Of a stretch of DNA of 53,334 nt, positions 10,468-19,741 are shown one piece after another. How positions within the stretch are numbered: position 1 is the first letter of the stretch; every line of letters starts with the position of its first letter. The translations under genes and the position numbers were made by a program. The notes under the pieces were generated by a model. That model had not been told where the DNA came from. It worked only from the letters and a program-made list of their open reading frames with translations, and ran no database searches. Origin of the DNA: Pseudothermotoga sp. (lineage in GTDB: Bacteria; Thermotogota; Thermotogae; Thermotogales; DSM-5069); assembly GCA_041640575.1 (NCBI GenBank), contig JBEPZZ010000008.1, forward strand, positions 1-53,334. Reading direction: 5' to 3'.

Positions 10468-11519
10468 GCAGTGAATATGGTCAACTTGTTTGGAAAAAGG
10501 TTGACTTTCTGGTGCCTGGTGATGTTAGTTTTGAAACTATAAAAGGTAAAGACAGCGGCGAGATAATTGTTAAAGCCGGACAAGTTTTGACTCAAGATGT
10601 CATTGCAAGACTTTCTGAAAACAATGTAAATTATCTTTGGGTAAAGGTTGGTGTTGCAAACCCTCCTATTGTTGAACCAACAAAGATAGAAAAAACCAAA
10701 GAAAGTATCAAAAGTGTATTTACTAAGGTTGTAGAAGAGATGAAAATAGACGTGCAAGAGGTTCACGAAATCTCGAGTCAGATTCTCAATGACATCATTA
10801 AAAATTATTCAGATAAGATAACACTCCTTTTTTTGATTCAGGAAAACGACGAAGAGTATACATATATCCATGAGGTTCACGTTGGTATGATCTCTGTCTT
10901 GGCAGGTTTGAGCATGAATATGAAGCTCTCAGAACTATCTCATTTATGTTTTTCGGCGATGATTCACGATGTTGGAAAAATTTTTATTCCCAAATCTGTG
11001 CTTTATGCTCCCAGAAGACTGAGTTCAGAAGAGTTCGAACTTGTGAAAAAACATGTTTTATACGGTGAAAGTATTTGTAAGGCATCTGGGATACGTAATC
11101 GGCTTGTAATAAGTGGTGTCAGAGATCATCATGAGAAACTGGATGGCACAGGTTACACTCAGGGTTTGAAAGGGTCAGAAATAACTACTTTTGCCAGAAT
11201 AATAGCAGTTGCCGACATTTATGATGCACTAATATCCCAACGTTCTTACAAATCTTCTTGGTCTCCGTACAAAGCTATTTCGGAGTTAATCAGCCTCGCG
11301 TCTACTGGCAAACTCGACAAAAACATTGTAAATGCTTTTGTATCCATTGTTGGTCTCTATCCCGTTGGAACAACAGTTGCTCTGAACAATGGAATGAAAG
11401 CGACTGTGATTGGAAACACAAGAAAATTTGCTACCCGTCCTATTGTACGTTTGGAGGATGGAACTCAGGTTGATCTTTCTCAAGAGAAATTACTTATCAT
11501 AGCTCAAGTTTTGGATTAA
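10464..11519 (+). CDS. HD-GYP domain protein (c-di-GMP phosphodiesterase-like)
   Basis: HDVGK, HHEKLDGTGYT, ARIIAVADIYDAL, RSYK. Confidence 0.85.
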   Translation: MSSEYGQLVWKKVDFLVPGDVSFETIKGKDSGEIIVKAGQVLTQDVIARLSENNVNYLWVKVGVANPPIVEPTKIEKTKESIKSVFTKVVEEMKIDVQEVHEISSQILNDIIKNYSDKITLLFLIQENDEEYTYIHEVHVGMISVLAGLSMNMKLSELSHLCFSAMIHDVGKIFIPKSVLYAPRRLSSEEFELVKKHVLYGESICKASGIRNRLVISGVRDHHEKLDGTGYTQGLKGSEITTFARIIAVADIYDALISQRSYKSSWSPYKAISELISLASTGKLDKNIVNAFVSIVGLYPVGTTVALNNGMKATVIGNTRKFATRPIVRLEDGTQVDLSQEKLLIIAQVLD

Positions 11520-11995
11520 AACACCGGATAAAAACCTTGTTCACTCCAAAATTGCTTGAAAAGTTCATCGTACAAGTTTTTCAACATGTCCCTGTGCTGC
11601 TTTTCCCAGTGAGCAAGTTCCATCAAAGCCTTTTTCATGTTTTCATCCAAAGTGTTTCGCGCCATATCTTCATAAAAAGTGGCAAAATCATGTTCAATTA
11701 AATAAGCCATCCTGAGCACAGACAAATCTGTCATCATTTTTAAATCTTGAATTTCTTCTTGCTCTCTCATGACAAATTCCGATGACCCTACAACCTGGGT
11801 AGGAATATCAATTTTTTCATTGCCCAGAAGATCTAAAAGAAATTTAACATGATCTTCCTCCATTTCAGCAAGCTGAATGAGTGTATCTTTTAAAGACTTG
11901 TTTGAGACCCTTTCAGCTCTTGATTTGTAAAAATCTCGCCCTTCTATTTCTCGAGCTAGTGCATACTTTAAAACAATAATATCTTTGCGTTCCAT
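11516..11995 (-). CDS. Rubrerythrin/ferritin-like diiron protein
   Basis: Duplicated E..FY and EEDH/EKQH motifs; start MERKD at 11995 after GGAGG. Confidence 0.85.
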   Translation of the reverse strand: MERKDIIVLKYALAREIEGRDFYKSRAERVSNKSLKDTLIQLAEMEEDHVKFLLDLLGNEKIDIPTQVVGSSEFVMREQEEIQDLKMMTDLSVLRMAYLIEHDFATFYEDMARNTLDENMKKALMELAHWEKQHRDMLKNLYDELFKQFWSEQGFYPVF

Positions 11996-12068
11996 TTTCT
12001 TTACCTCCTGCAAAACTATTATAATAAATAAAAGCCATAGTAAATATTGGAAATAAGGAGGAGTTGAA

Positions 12069-12530
12069 ATGGGACTTAAGGAGAAACTCTCAGCGGATTT
12101 AAAAGAAGCCATGAAATCAAAAGATGAAGCAAAAGTACGCACTATAAGGATGTTGATCGCTGCGATAAAGAATTACGAAGTTGAGAAAATGGGTGTAGCA
12201 AGTGATGAAGAAATTGCTCAAATTATGGCAAAGGAAATCAAGAAAAGAAAAGAATCTATAGAGCTTTATGAAAAAGGTAACCGTCAAGATCTTGCTCAAG
12301 CTGAAGCTGAGGAAATAAAGATAATACAGTCTTACATGCCACAACAAATGAGCGAAGAAGAGATAAAAGAATTGGCTAGGAAAATCATAACTGAACTTAA
12401 ACTTAGTAGTCCAAAAGACATTGGAACTGCAATGAAAGCAATAATGCCACAACTTAAGGGAAAAGCTGACGGAAAACTTGTAAACAAAATTGTATCGGAT
12501 CTCCTTTCAGGTACGTCAAGCACTAGCTGA
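12069..12530 (+). CDS. GatB/YqeY domain protein
   Basis: LKEAMKSKD, KEIKKRKES, YMPQQMSEEE, KGKADGK typical of YqeY. Confidence 0.92.
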   Translation: MGLKEKLSADLKEAMKSKDEAKVRTIRMLIAAIKNYEVEKMGVASDEEIAQIMAKEIKKRKESIELYEKGNRQDLAQAEAEEIKIIQSYMPQQMSEEEIKELARKIITELKLSSPKDIGTAMKAIMPQLKGKADGKLVNKIVSDLLSGTSSTS

Positions 12531-12543
12531 GAGGTGTTCGAAA

Positions 12544-13893
12544 ACGGAAACAATAGTAGCGATTTCTTCACCAAAAGGTATTGGTGCTATAGCAATTATC
12601 AGGCTCAGTGGAGAGAAAAGCTGGGATATAGTTTTGAGAACACTTGAAAAACCAATTGAAGTAAAACCCAGAAGAATTTACCATAACTTTATCGTGGATA
12701 GCGATGGAAAAACAATAGATGAAGTTACCGTTGTATTTTACAAAGCTCCGAAGTCATACACTGGTGAAAATATGGTTGAAATAATGTGTCATGGTGGTTA
12801 TGTGGTTAGTGAAATGATTTTAGAGCTTTTAATGAACAACGGGGCGAGATTAGCAGAACCTGGAGAGTTTACAAAACGTGCATTTCTAAATGGAAAAATG
12901 GATCTCACAAAAGCTGAGGCAGTCAGACAAATAATTGAAGCTTCTTCTAGACACACGGTAAAAGCAGTTTCAGCGAACCTAACTGGTAGGTTTTCACACT
13001 TCATTAGACAATTACGAGAGGACATGCTAGGACTTTTAGCACGCATTGAGGTTGAGTTTGACTACCCGGACGATGTATTCGTGGATCATACTCAGACTAT
13101 AGAAATGGCTCGAGCTGTTTTATCCAAAATTGAACAATTACTGAAGAATGCGGAAAACAGGTTGGCTGTATCTTCAGGCATAAAAGTGGTAATAGTTGGA
13201 AAACCGAATGTAGGGAAATCATCGCTTTTAAACGCAATAGCTAAGGAAGAAAAAGCAATAGTGACGGAAATACCCGGGACCACAAGAGATCTTATCGAGG
13301 TTCCTGTAAGTATCGATGGAATAAACTTTACCCTTATTGACACTGCCGGGATAAGAATTTCGAATGACAAAGTCGAGCAAATTGGTGTAGAACGAGCTAT
13401 AACAGCTTGTGGCAAAGCAGATTTGGTTCTGTTTGTTCTTGATGCAACGACTGAACTTGATGAAAATGATTTAAGAATTTTGGAATTGATAAAAGATAAG
13501 AGATATCTTGTTGTGATCAACAAAATTGATGCAAGAGATTTCGTGGATCGAAAGAAGATCATGCAGGTTCTTAGAACTGATTCACACGTATTAACTGTTT
13601 CAGCGTTGAAGAAAGAAGGAATAGAAGAGGTCGAAAAGCAGATTGTAAACAGCGTGCGCGATGTAATTTCGTCTACAGATGGATATGTAACCACACAGAG
13701 GCAATACGAGCATTTGTTGGAATGCCGAAGAAGTTTTGTGAAAGCATTGAACGGCCTTGAGGAGTCAATTAGCTTAGACATGGTTGCTGAAGATTTGAGG
13801 GCATCACTTAGTCAACTTGATTTGTTGATTGGAGAGAATTACACTAAGGACTTGATAGAGAGAATATTCAAAGATTTCTGCGTCGGAAAATAA
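12544..13893 (+). CDS. mnmE: tRNA modification GTPase MnmE (probable non-canonical ACG start; ORF caller gives 12490)
   Basis: TIVAISSP, SYTGE, GEFTKRAFLNGKMDL, GKPNVGKSS, GTTRD, DTAG, C-terminal FCVGK. Confidence 0.93.
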   Translation, partial: TETIVAISSPKGIGAIAIIRLSGEKSWDIVLRTLEKPIEVKPRRIYHNFIVDSDGKTIDEVTVVFYKAPKSYTGENMVEIMCHGGYVVSEMILELLMNNGARLAEPGEFTKRAFLNGKMDLTKAEAVRQIIEASSRHTVKAVSANLTGRFSHFIRQLREDMLGLLARIEVEFDYPDDVFVDHTQTIEMARAVLSKIEQLLKNAENRLAVSSGIKVVIVGKPNVGKSSLLNAIAKEEKAIVTEIPGTTRDLIEVPVSIDGINFTLIDTAGIRISNDKVEQIGVERAITACGKADLVLFVLDATTELDENDLRILELIKDKRYLVVINKIDARDFVDRKKIMQVLRTDSHVLTVSALKKEGIEEVEKQIVNSVRDVISSTDGYVTTQRQYEHLLECRRSFVKALNGLEESISLDMVAEDLRASLSQLDLLIGENYTKDLIERIFKDFCVGK

Positions 13894-13917
13894 TGAGGGG
13901 AGGTTCCTCCCCTCATT
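13892..13917. terminator. Bidirectional hairpin between convergent mnmE and hup
   Basis: AATGAGGGGAGG-TT-CCTCCCCTCATT perfect inverted repeat. Confidence 0.7.
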
Positions 13918-13918
13918 C

Positions 13919-14191
13919 TCACTTAACCTTCTCCTTGAGAGCCTTTCCAGGTTTGAACTTCGGTACTTTTCTCTCAGGAATGGTTATAGGCTTCTTGGTT
14001 TGTGGGTTGACACCTTTTCTTTGAGCAGCCTTCTTAACCATGAAGGTTCCGAATCCCACAAGTTGCACTTTTTCGCCCTTACCAAGAGCATCGGCGATCG
14101 TTTCAAGAGCTACATCAAGAGATTTCTTGATTTCCTTTTTCTTCAACCCCGTCTTCTTTGCAATTCTGTCGACAAGTTCCTTCTTGTTCAT
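13919..14191 (-). CDS. hup: Histone-like DNA-binding protein HU
   Basis: MNKKELV, VQLVGFGTF, GVNPQT, PKFKPGKALK. Confidence 0.96.
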   Translation of the reverse strand: MNKKELVDRIAKKTGLKKKEIKKSLDVALETIADALGKGEKVQLVGFGTFMVKKAAQRKGVNPQTKKPITIPERKVPKFKPGKALKEKVK

Positions 14192-14459
14192 TCGTCATCC
14201 CCCTTTCTGATTGACTTTTAGGAGGTTCACCCTCCCTCATTTATGAATAATAGCACTTTTCCAAGGGTCATTTCAAGTCCCATTTCGATCAAATCAGAAA
14301 AAACTCAAATTCAAGATGCGATAGATATCTTGAATAAAAGAGTTATGACAAGTAAGAGTGAGAAAAGCTGAAATATTGCGAGTTTTATAAGTCACATTTG
14401 GTGATATTTGGGTTTTTTATGGTATTATCAAGCGTAGAATCGAAAAGGGAGGGATTGAA

Positions 14460-15737
14460 ATGAGGAAATTGTCCGTAATAGTCCTTTTGACTCTTGCGCT
14501 TCTTGGATTTGCAGTTTCGCAGTTTGTTCCAGTAAATTATGACAGTATTTTTATCACACGATCTAACGGGAAGTACTATGATCTTGTCAAGAAATCTGGC
14601 TTGATCAAAATCTTAGCTGTTGATCTTGGACTTGAACCAATGATTCAGGGCCTAATGGCAAGCTATACGGCTCAGTATGGCCTGACAATTAAAGATATCG
14701 ATGATCTTCTTAGAGGTGATCTTCTAGCTGTACAAAGTGGAGAGAATGTCTTTTTAGCTTTGGGCCCATCTGCTTCTGCGTCGAAATTTGTAAAGGTTGT
14801 GACTTCTTTTTTAGGCCAAGAGTTCTTTGTTGATCATAAGAATAATTATCTACTCATTTCTACGAGTAAGGAATTACTTGATCAGTGTTCGAAAGGTGGA
14901 GGCTCTATTCCAAAAGAAGTGATGGATTATTTCAAAGACGAAAAGATCTGGGCTATCAGTTATGCATCAAAACTTTTGGTGGGCGAAGCTGTATTTTCAT
15001 CGAAAGGTTTCGTAAGTGTTTCAAACGATCAAATCTATTCAGAGCAAATTCTTTTACCACAAAATGATGCTGCAAAACAAACTTTGAAACAACTTAGCTC
15101 TTCAGGAAACTTTGAACTTGCTAAAGACAAGAATCTGGCTGGAGAAGTTTTTGCTTTTGTCAACATGTCTGACTCGAAAGCAACAGATATATTATTTCAG
15201 ACATCCGGGAACATCTCCCAAGTTTCAGAATTTGGGAAAATGTTTGGCTTGGATTCAAAGGAGTTTTTCGATAAATTCCAGAAACTCTTGAAAAAGTTCA
15301 CCGGTAAAGCCGTTATGTCAGTCCAGCTGGCGGAAGCGGTTGAATCACTTTTTTCATCGGATCAAGAATCAGGCTTGGATGCAAAGACATACGGTGCTTT
15401 ATCTATGAAAACTAACCTCCAGGAACTTAAAGGAATCTTAGGTGGGGAAATAAAATCTGCCGGTAACGTGCAGTATCTTGATACAGATGGGCTCTATTTA
15501 ACGATAGATGGAAGCTTAGTGAAATTTTATTCAGTTCCGCCACACGAATACAAAGTGGGAAGAAGTTCTTTGGATAAAGCTATAAATCTTTTTAAACCAA
15601 ACGAGATGTCACTTTTTGTTTTCGTGGATTTCGATCCAATATTGGACAAGCTTCTTGGTATCACTACTGGTTCTATTTTCGTTCTTTTTCAAAATGTTGA
15701 AAACAACTTGTTGAAAACAATTTGGTATCTTAAGTAA
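14460..15737 (+). CDS. Hypothetical exported protein
   Basis: Signal peptide MRKLSVIVLLTLALLGFA, strong SD, 425-aa ORF; no recognisable motif. Confidence 0.7.
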   Translation: MRKLSVIVLLTLALLGFAVSQFVPVNYDSIFITRSNGKYYDLVKKSGLIKILAVDLGLEPMIQGLMASYTAQYGLTIKDIDDLLRGDLLAVQSGENVFLALGPSASASKFVKVVTSFLGQEFFVDHKNNYLLISTSKELLDQCSKGGGSIPKEVMDYFKDEKIWAISYASKLLVGEAVFSSKGFVSVSNDQIYSEQILLPQNDAAKQTLKQLSSSGNFELAKDKNLAGEVFAFVNMSDSKATDILFQTSGNISQVSEFGKMFGLDSKEFFDKFQKLLKKFTGKAVMSVQLAEAVESLFSSDQESGLDAKTYGALSMKTNLQELKGILGGEIKSAGNVQYLDTDGLYLTIDGSLVKFYSVPPHEYKVGRSSLDKAINLFKPNEMSLFVFVDFDPILDKLLGITTGSIFVLFQNVENNLLKTIWYLK

Positions 15738-15752
15738 GGAGGTGTATGGCCA

Positions 15753-18410
15753 GTGAAAAAATACGTATACTTTTTTGCGGATGGAGTAGCAGAAGGAAAG
15801 GCGGAAATGAAGGACATTCTTGGTGGCAAAGGAGCTAATCTTGCTGAAATGACCAACCTAGGAATACCAGTTCCGCCTGGTTTTACAATTTCCGCTGAGG
15901 TTTGCAGGTATTTCTATTCTCATGGGCATACTTACCCAGATGGACTGAAAGAGGAAGTCGAAAAAGCCATGAAAAGGTTGGAACAGGTGACGAAGAAAGG
16001 GTTTGGAGATCCCCAAAGACCATTGTTAGTTTCTGTTAGATCGGGTGCAGCAATTTCCATGCCTGGCATGATGGATACGATTTTGAACCTGGGTTTGAAT
16101 GATACGACTGTTGAAGGACTTGCAAAGATGACGAACAATTCTCGTTTTGCTTATGATGCCTACCGCAGGTTCCTTCAAATGTTTGGTGATACAGCCCTCG
16201 GTATACCACGCAGCAAATTTGAAACTGCACTTGAAGAAATGAAGAAAAATAAAGGCGCAAAATTCGATGTGGAACTAGATGCAAACGATCTTAAGAAACT
16301 TGTTGAAATTTTCAAGAATATTTACAAAGAAGAAGGCAAGGAATTTCCGCAGGATGTCAACAAGCAATTGTGGCTTGCAATTGATGCTGTTTTTAGGAGT
16401 TGGATGAGCGAAAGAGCAATCAAGTATAGACAGATCAACAATATCAGGGAAGATCAAATGCTTGGTACTGCAGTGAACATCGTTGCGATGGTCTTTGGAA
16501 ACATGGGTGAAAAGTCAGGAACAGGTGTGGCATTCACAAGGGATCCAAACACTGGTGAGAAAAAGATCTACGGCGAGTTCTTACAAAACGCACAAGGTGA
16601 AGATGTCGTTGCTGGTATAAGGACTCCTCTTCCAATTTCTGAACTGAAGAAGATCATGCCATCGACTTATGATGAGCTAGCTGGAATAATGGAACGCTTG
16701 GAGAAACATTACAAAGACATGCAAGATATAGAGTTCACAATTGAAGAGGGCAAGTTATACATGTTGCAGACAAGAAGTGGCAAGCGAACTTCAAGAGCTG
16801 CTATAAAGATAGCAGTCGACATGGTTCATGAAGGTTTGTTAACAAAAGAAGAAGCAATTTTGAGAGTTAAGACGGAAGACGTCGAAAGAGTTTTGCATCC
16901 GAGATTTGATGAAAAGGCTCGAACAAAAGCAACCGTCATAGCCAAAGGTTTGCCTGCATCTCCTGGTGCAGCAACAGGAAAAGTTATTTTTGACGCACAT
17001 AAAGCTGAGGAACTTGGTAGAAATGGTGAACAAGTAATCCTTGTCAGGCCAGAAACAAGCCCAGAAGACGTCGGTGGAATGGCTTTTGCACAAGGTATTC
17101 TCACTTCCAGGGGCGGAATGACTTCTCATGCTGCAGTTGTTGCACGTGGTATGGGTAAACCAGCAGTTGTTGGTGCTGAAACTATTGAAGTCAAAGAAGA
17201 AGAAGGCTTGTTCAGAGTGAATAACGTGTCGGTAAAGGAAGGAGACTGGATATCAATAGATGGTGCAACAGGAGAAGTTTTGCTCGGTAAAATCCCAACC
17301 ATTAAACCAGTTGGCTTGGAAGGAGAAATTGCAGAACTGCTAAAGTGGGCAGATGAGATTAGAAGATTGGGAGTTAGAGCAAATGCGGATATTCCAAGAG
17401 ATGCCGAAGTTGCAAGGAAATTTGGCGCAGAAGGTATAGGTCTGTGCAGAACGGAGCACATGTTCTTCGAAAAAGATAGGATACCGAAGGTACGAAAGAT
17501 GATTGTGGCAAAGACGAAGGAAGATCGTGAAAAGGCTTTGGCAGAGCTTCTGCCACTTCAAAAGGATGACTTCAAGGGCCTATTCAGAACAATGGCAGGT
17601 TTTCCTGTTACGATAAGGCTCATCGATCCACCATTGCACGAATTCTTGCCGCATGATGATGACCAAATCGAAGCAACCGCAAAGGAACTTGGAATATCTG
17701 CAAAAGAGTTGAAAGACGTTGTTGAATCTTTGAAAGAGTTGAACCCAATGCTTGGCCACAGAGGTTGCCGATTGACAATTACATACCCCGAAATCGCTGT
17801 AATGCAGACAAGAGCAATAATCGGAGCAGCTATTGAACTGAAGAAAGAAGAGAACCTCGACGTTATACCTGAGATCATGATACCGCTTGTTGGTCACATA
17901 AAAGAACTTGTTTTCATGAAGAAGATAATCAAAGAAGTTGCCGATGAAATGATTCGAGAGTCGGGTGTAAAGATTGAATACAAGATAGGTACGATGATCG
18001 AGGTTCCAAGGGCATGTGTGACGGCAGACGAGATTGCTAAAGAAGCCGAATTTTTCAGCTTTGGAACAAATGATTTGACTCAGATGACCTTCGCATTCAG
18101 CCGCGATGACATCGGAAAATTCTTGCCAGAATATCTGCAGAAGGGAATATTGGAACATGACCCGTTCAAGACCTTAGATTACGAGGGTGTTGGCAAATTG
18201 GTTGAAATGGGTACTCAAAAAGGTAAACAGGCTAGGGCAAATCTAAAAGTTGGAATCTGCGGTGAACATGGTGGGGATCCTCGCTCGATCCATTTCTTCC
18301 ACAAAGCTGGTCTTGATTACGTAAGCTGTTCGCCTTATAGAGTACCTGTTGCTAGACTTGCAGCAGCTCAAGCCACGATCGAGGGTAAAAAATACGAAGA
18401 AAACGGATAA
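15753..18410 (+). CDS. ppdK: Pyruvate, phosphate dikinase
   Basis: GGKGANLAEM, GGMTSHAAVVAR phospho-His motif, GIGLCRTEHMF, FSFGTNDLTQ, GICGEHGG. Confidence 0.97.
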   Translation: MKKYVYFFADGVAEGKAEMKDILGGKGANLAEMTNLGIPVPPGFTISAEVCRYFYSHGHTYPDGLKEEVEKAMKRLEQVTKKGFGDPQRPLLVSVRSGAAISMPGMMDTILNLGLNDTTVEGLAKMTNNSRFAYDAYRRFLQMFGDTALGIPRSKFETALEEMKKNKGAKFDVELDANDLKKLVEIFKNIYKEEGKEFPQDVNKQLWLAIDAVFRSWMSERAIKYRQINNIREDQMLGTAVNIVAMVFGNMGEKSGTGVAFTRDPNTGEKKIYGEFLQNAQGEDVVAGIRTPLPISELKKIMPSTYDELAGIMERLEKHYKDMQDIEFTIEEGKLYMLQTRSGKRTSRAAIKIAVDMVHEGLLTKEEAILRVKTEDVERVLHPRFDEKARTKATVIAKGLPASPGAATGKVIFDAHKAEELGRNGEQVILVRPETSPEDVGGMAFAQGILTSRGGMTSHAAVVARGMGKPAVVGAETIEVKEEEGLFRVNNVSVKEGDWISIDGATGEVLLGKIPTIKPVGLEGEIAELLKWADEIRRLGVRANADIPRDAEVARKFGAEGIGLCRTEHMFFEKDRIPKVRKMIVAKTKEDREKALAELLPLQKDDFKGLFRTMAGFPVTIRLIDPPLHEFLPHDDDQIEATAKELGISAKELKDVVESLKELNPMLGHRGCRLTITYPEIAVMQTRAIIGAAIELKKEENLDVIPEIMIPLVGHIKELVFMKKIIKEVADEMIRESGVKIEYKIGTMIEVPRACVTADEIAKEAEFFSFGTNDLTQMTFAFSRDDIGKFLPEYLQKGILEHDPFKTLDYEGVGKLVEMGTQKGKQARANLKVGICGEHGGDPRSIHFFHKAGLDYVSCSPYRVPVARLAAAQATIEGKKYEENG

Positions 18411-18437
18411 GAAGAGGGCGCAAAGCCCTCTTCTTTT
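18409..18437 (+). terminator. Rho-independent terminator after ppdK
   Basis: AAGAAGAGGGC-GCAAA-GCCCTCTTCTT-TT. Confidence 0.8.
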
Positions 18438-18452
18438 ACTTTGGAGGAAAGA

Positions 18453-19046
18453 ATGGAACACTATTTTGTTGAGAAGCCACAGAGTGAGCTGAGGGTAAAG
18501 AGAATAGTTTTTAGGCTCAAAAATGGTAGGACTTACATCTTTGATACTCCGTCCGGTGTTTTCAGTTTTGGTGAAGTTGACAAAGCCACACGTATTCTGC
18601 TGGAAAATGCTTTGGTTCAAGGAAAAAAGGTGCTTGATCTAGGTTGCGGTTATGGCGTGATTGGTATAGTCTTAAAAGGTGAATACCCCGATCTAGAGGT
18701 TTGCATGAGTGATATAAACGAAAGAGCTGTTGAATTCGCCAAAATCAACGCTAAGAATAACAATGTTGAAGTGCGTATAAAAAAGGGTGCTTTTTTGGAA
18801 CCTTGGGCTGGAGAAAGTTTCGATATGATCTTGTTAAATCCACCGATTGCCGCTGGTAAAAAAGTTGTTTTAAGAATGCTATCTGAAGCTAAGGAATATT
18901 TGACTCCTGGTGGTTTACTGCAGGTAGTTGCATATCACAATAAAGGTGGATCATATGTTCAGAAGGCTATGAAAGAGTTCTTTGGAAATGTTAAAGATCT
19001 ATACAAAGAAGGCGGGATAAGAATATACCTATCTAAGAAGGATTGA
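18453..19046 (+). CDS. Class I SAM methyltransferase, RsmC/YbxB (MTS) family
   Basis: HYF, GVFS, LDLGCGYG, NPP motifs; ATG at 18453 after GGAGG. Confidence 0.85.
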   Translation: MEHYFVEKPQSELRVKRIVFRLKNGRTYIFDTPSGVFSFGEVDKATRILLENALVQGKKVLDLGCGYGVIGIVLKGEYPDLEVCMSDINERAVEFAKINAKNNNVEVRIKKGAFLEPWAGESFDMILLNPPIAAGKKVVLRMLSEAKEYLTPGGLLQVVAYHNKGGSYVQKAMKEFFGNVKDLYKEGGIRIYLSKKD

Positions 19047-19741
19047 CAATGCTTCAGGTTAGACAAATTTGCTTTGCTTACAAAGACAAACCGATTTTGA
19101 ATAGGATTGATTTAACCATAAAAGAAGAGGAATTTCTGTTGTTAACAGGTGCAAACGGTTCTGGAAAGACCACCTTGCTCAAGATTCTTGCTGGCTTGCT
19201 TTCAGCCCAGAGTGGTGAGATTTTCTACAATGGCAGCAAGATTTCTCAAGAAGAATTGAGAAAAATTACAGGATATGTTTTTCACAATCCTCTTGAGCAG
19301 ATTTTCAATTTTACAGTCGAACAGGAAATAGCTTTTGGTTTGGAAAACATGGGGTTAGAACGAGAAGAAATCCTGTCACGTGTAGATTCTGTGATGAAAA
19401 TCTTTGATTTGCAAAAGTATAGAATGAAAGATCCTGCAAAGCTTTCCGCTGGACAAGCTCAAAAAGTTGCTATTGCGTCCATTATTGCCTTTAGACCAAC
19501 ATTCTTGTTTTTGGATGAACCAACCGGTATGTTGGATGAGGAAGGATGCAGGCAAGTTAAGAATTGTTTGAAATCTTTGCTGAAAAATGGTATTGGTATT
19601 GTTGTTTCAACTCATGAACCTTGGTACTTTGAGGAAATGACTTCGCGAGTGATTCACCTGAGCAGAGGTATCATAGACTTTGATGGAGATTACGACGAAT
19701 TCAAGAAAAGAAACTTTGAAGATGTGGAGATACTTCAATGA
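19043..19741 (+). CDS. ECF/CbiO-type ABC ATPase (EcfA-like)
   Basis: GANGSGKTT, TVEQEIAFGLEN, LDEPT. Confidence 0.82.
   Translation: MTMLQVRQICFAYKDKPILNRIDLTIKEEEFLLLTGANGSGKTTLLKILAGLLSAQSGEIFYNGSKISQEELRKITGYVFHNPLEQIFNFTVEQEIAFGLENMGLEREEILSRVDSVMKIFDLQKYRMKDPAKLSAGQAQKVAIASIIAFRPTFLFLDEPTGMLDEEGCRQVKNCLKSLLKNGIGIVVSTHEPWYFEEMTSRVIHLSRGIIDFDGDYDEFKKRNFEDVEILQ

Noticed and set aside
13092..13781. Long antisense ORFs (here, 17580-18158, 34572-35222, 34849-35475 and others)
   Set aside because: Shadows of conserved genes on the opposite strand, with no SD or recognisable motifs.
14249..14275. CIRCE element (TAGCACT half-site)
   Set aside because: The second half-site GAGTGCTAA is absent; the sequence is better explained as the hup -10 region.
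15746..15838. ATG GCC upstream of ppdK suggesting a frameshifted MAKKY start or uORF
   Set aside because: The ATG is only about 3 nt from the SD core, while in-frame GTG at 15753 is acceptably spaced and gives an intact protein.
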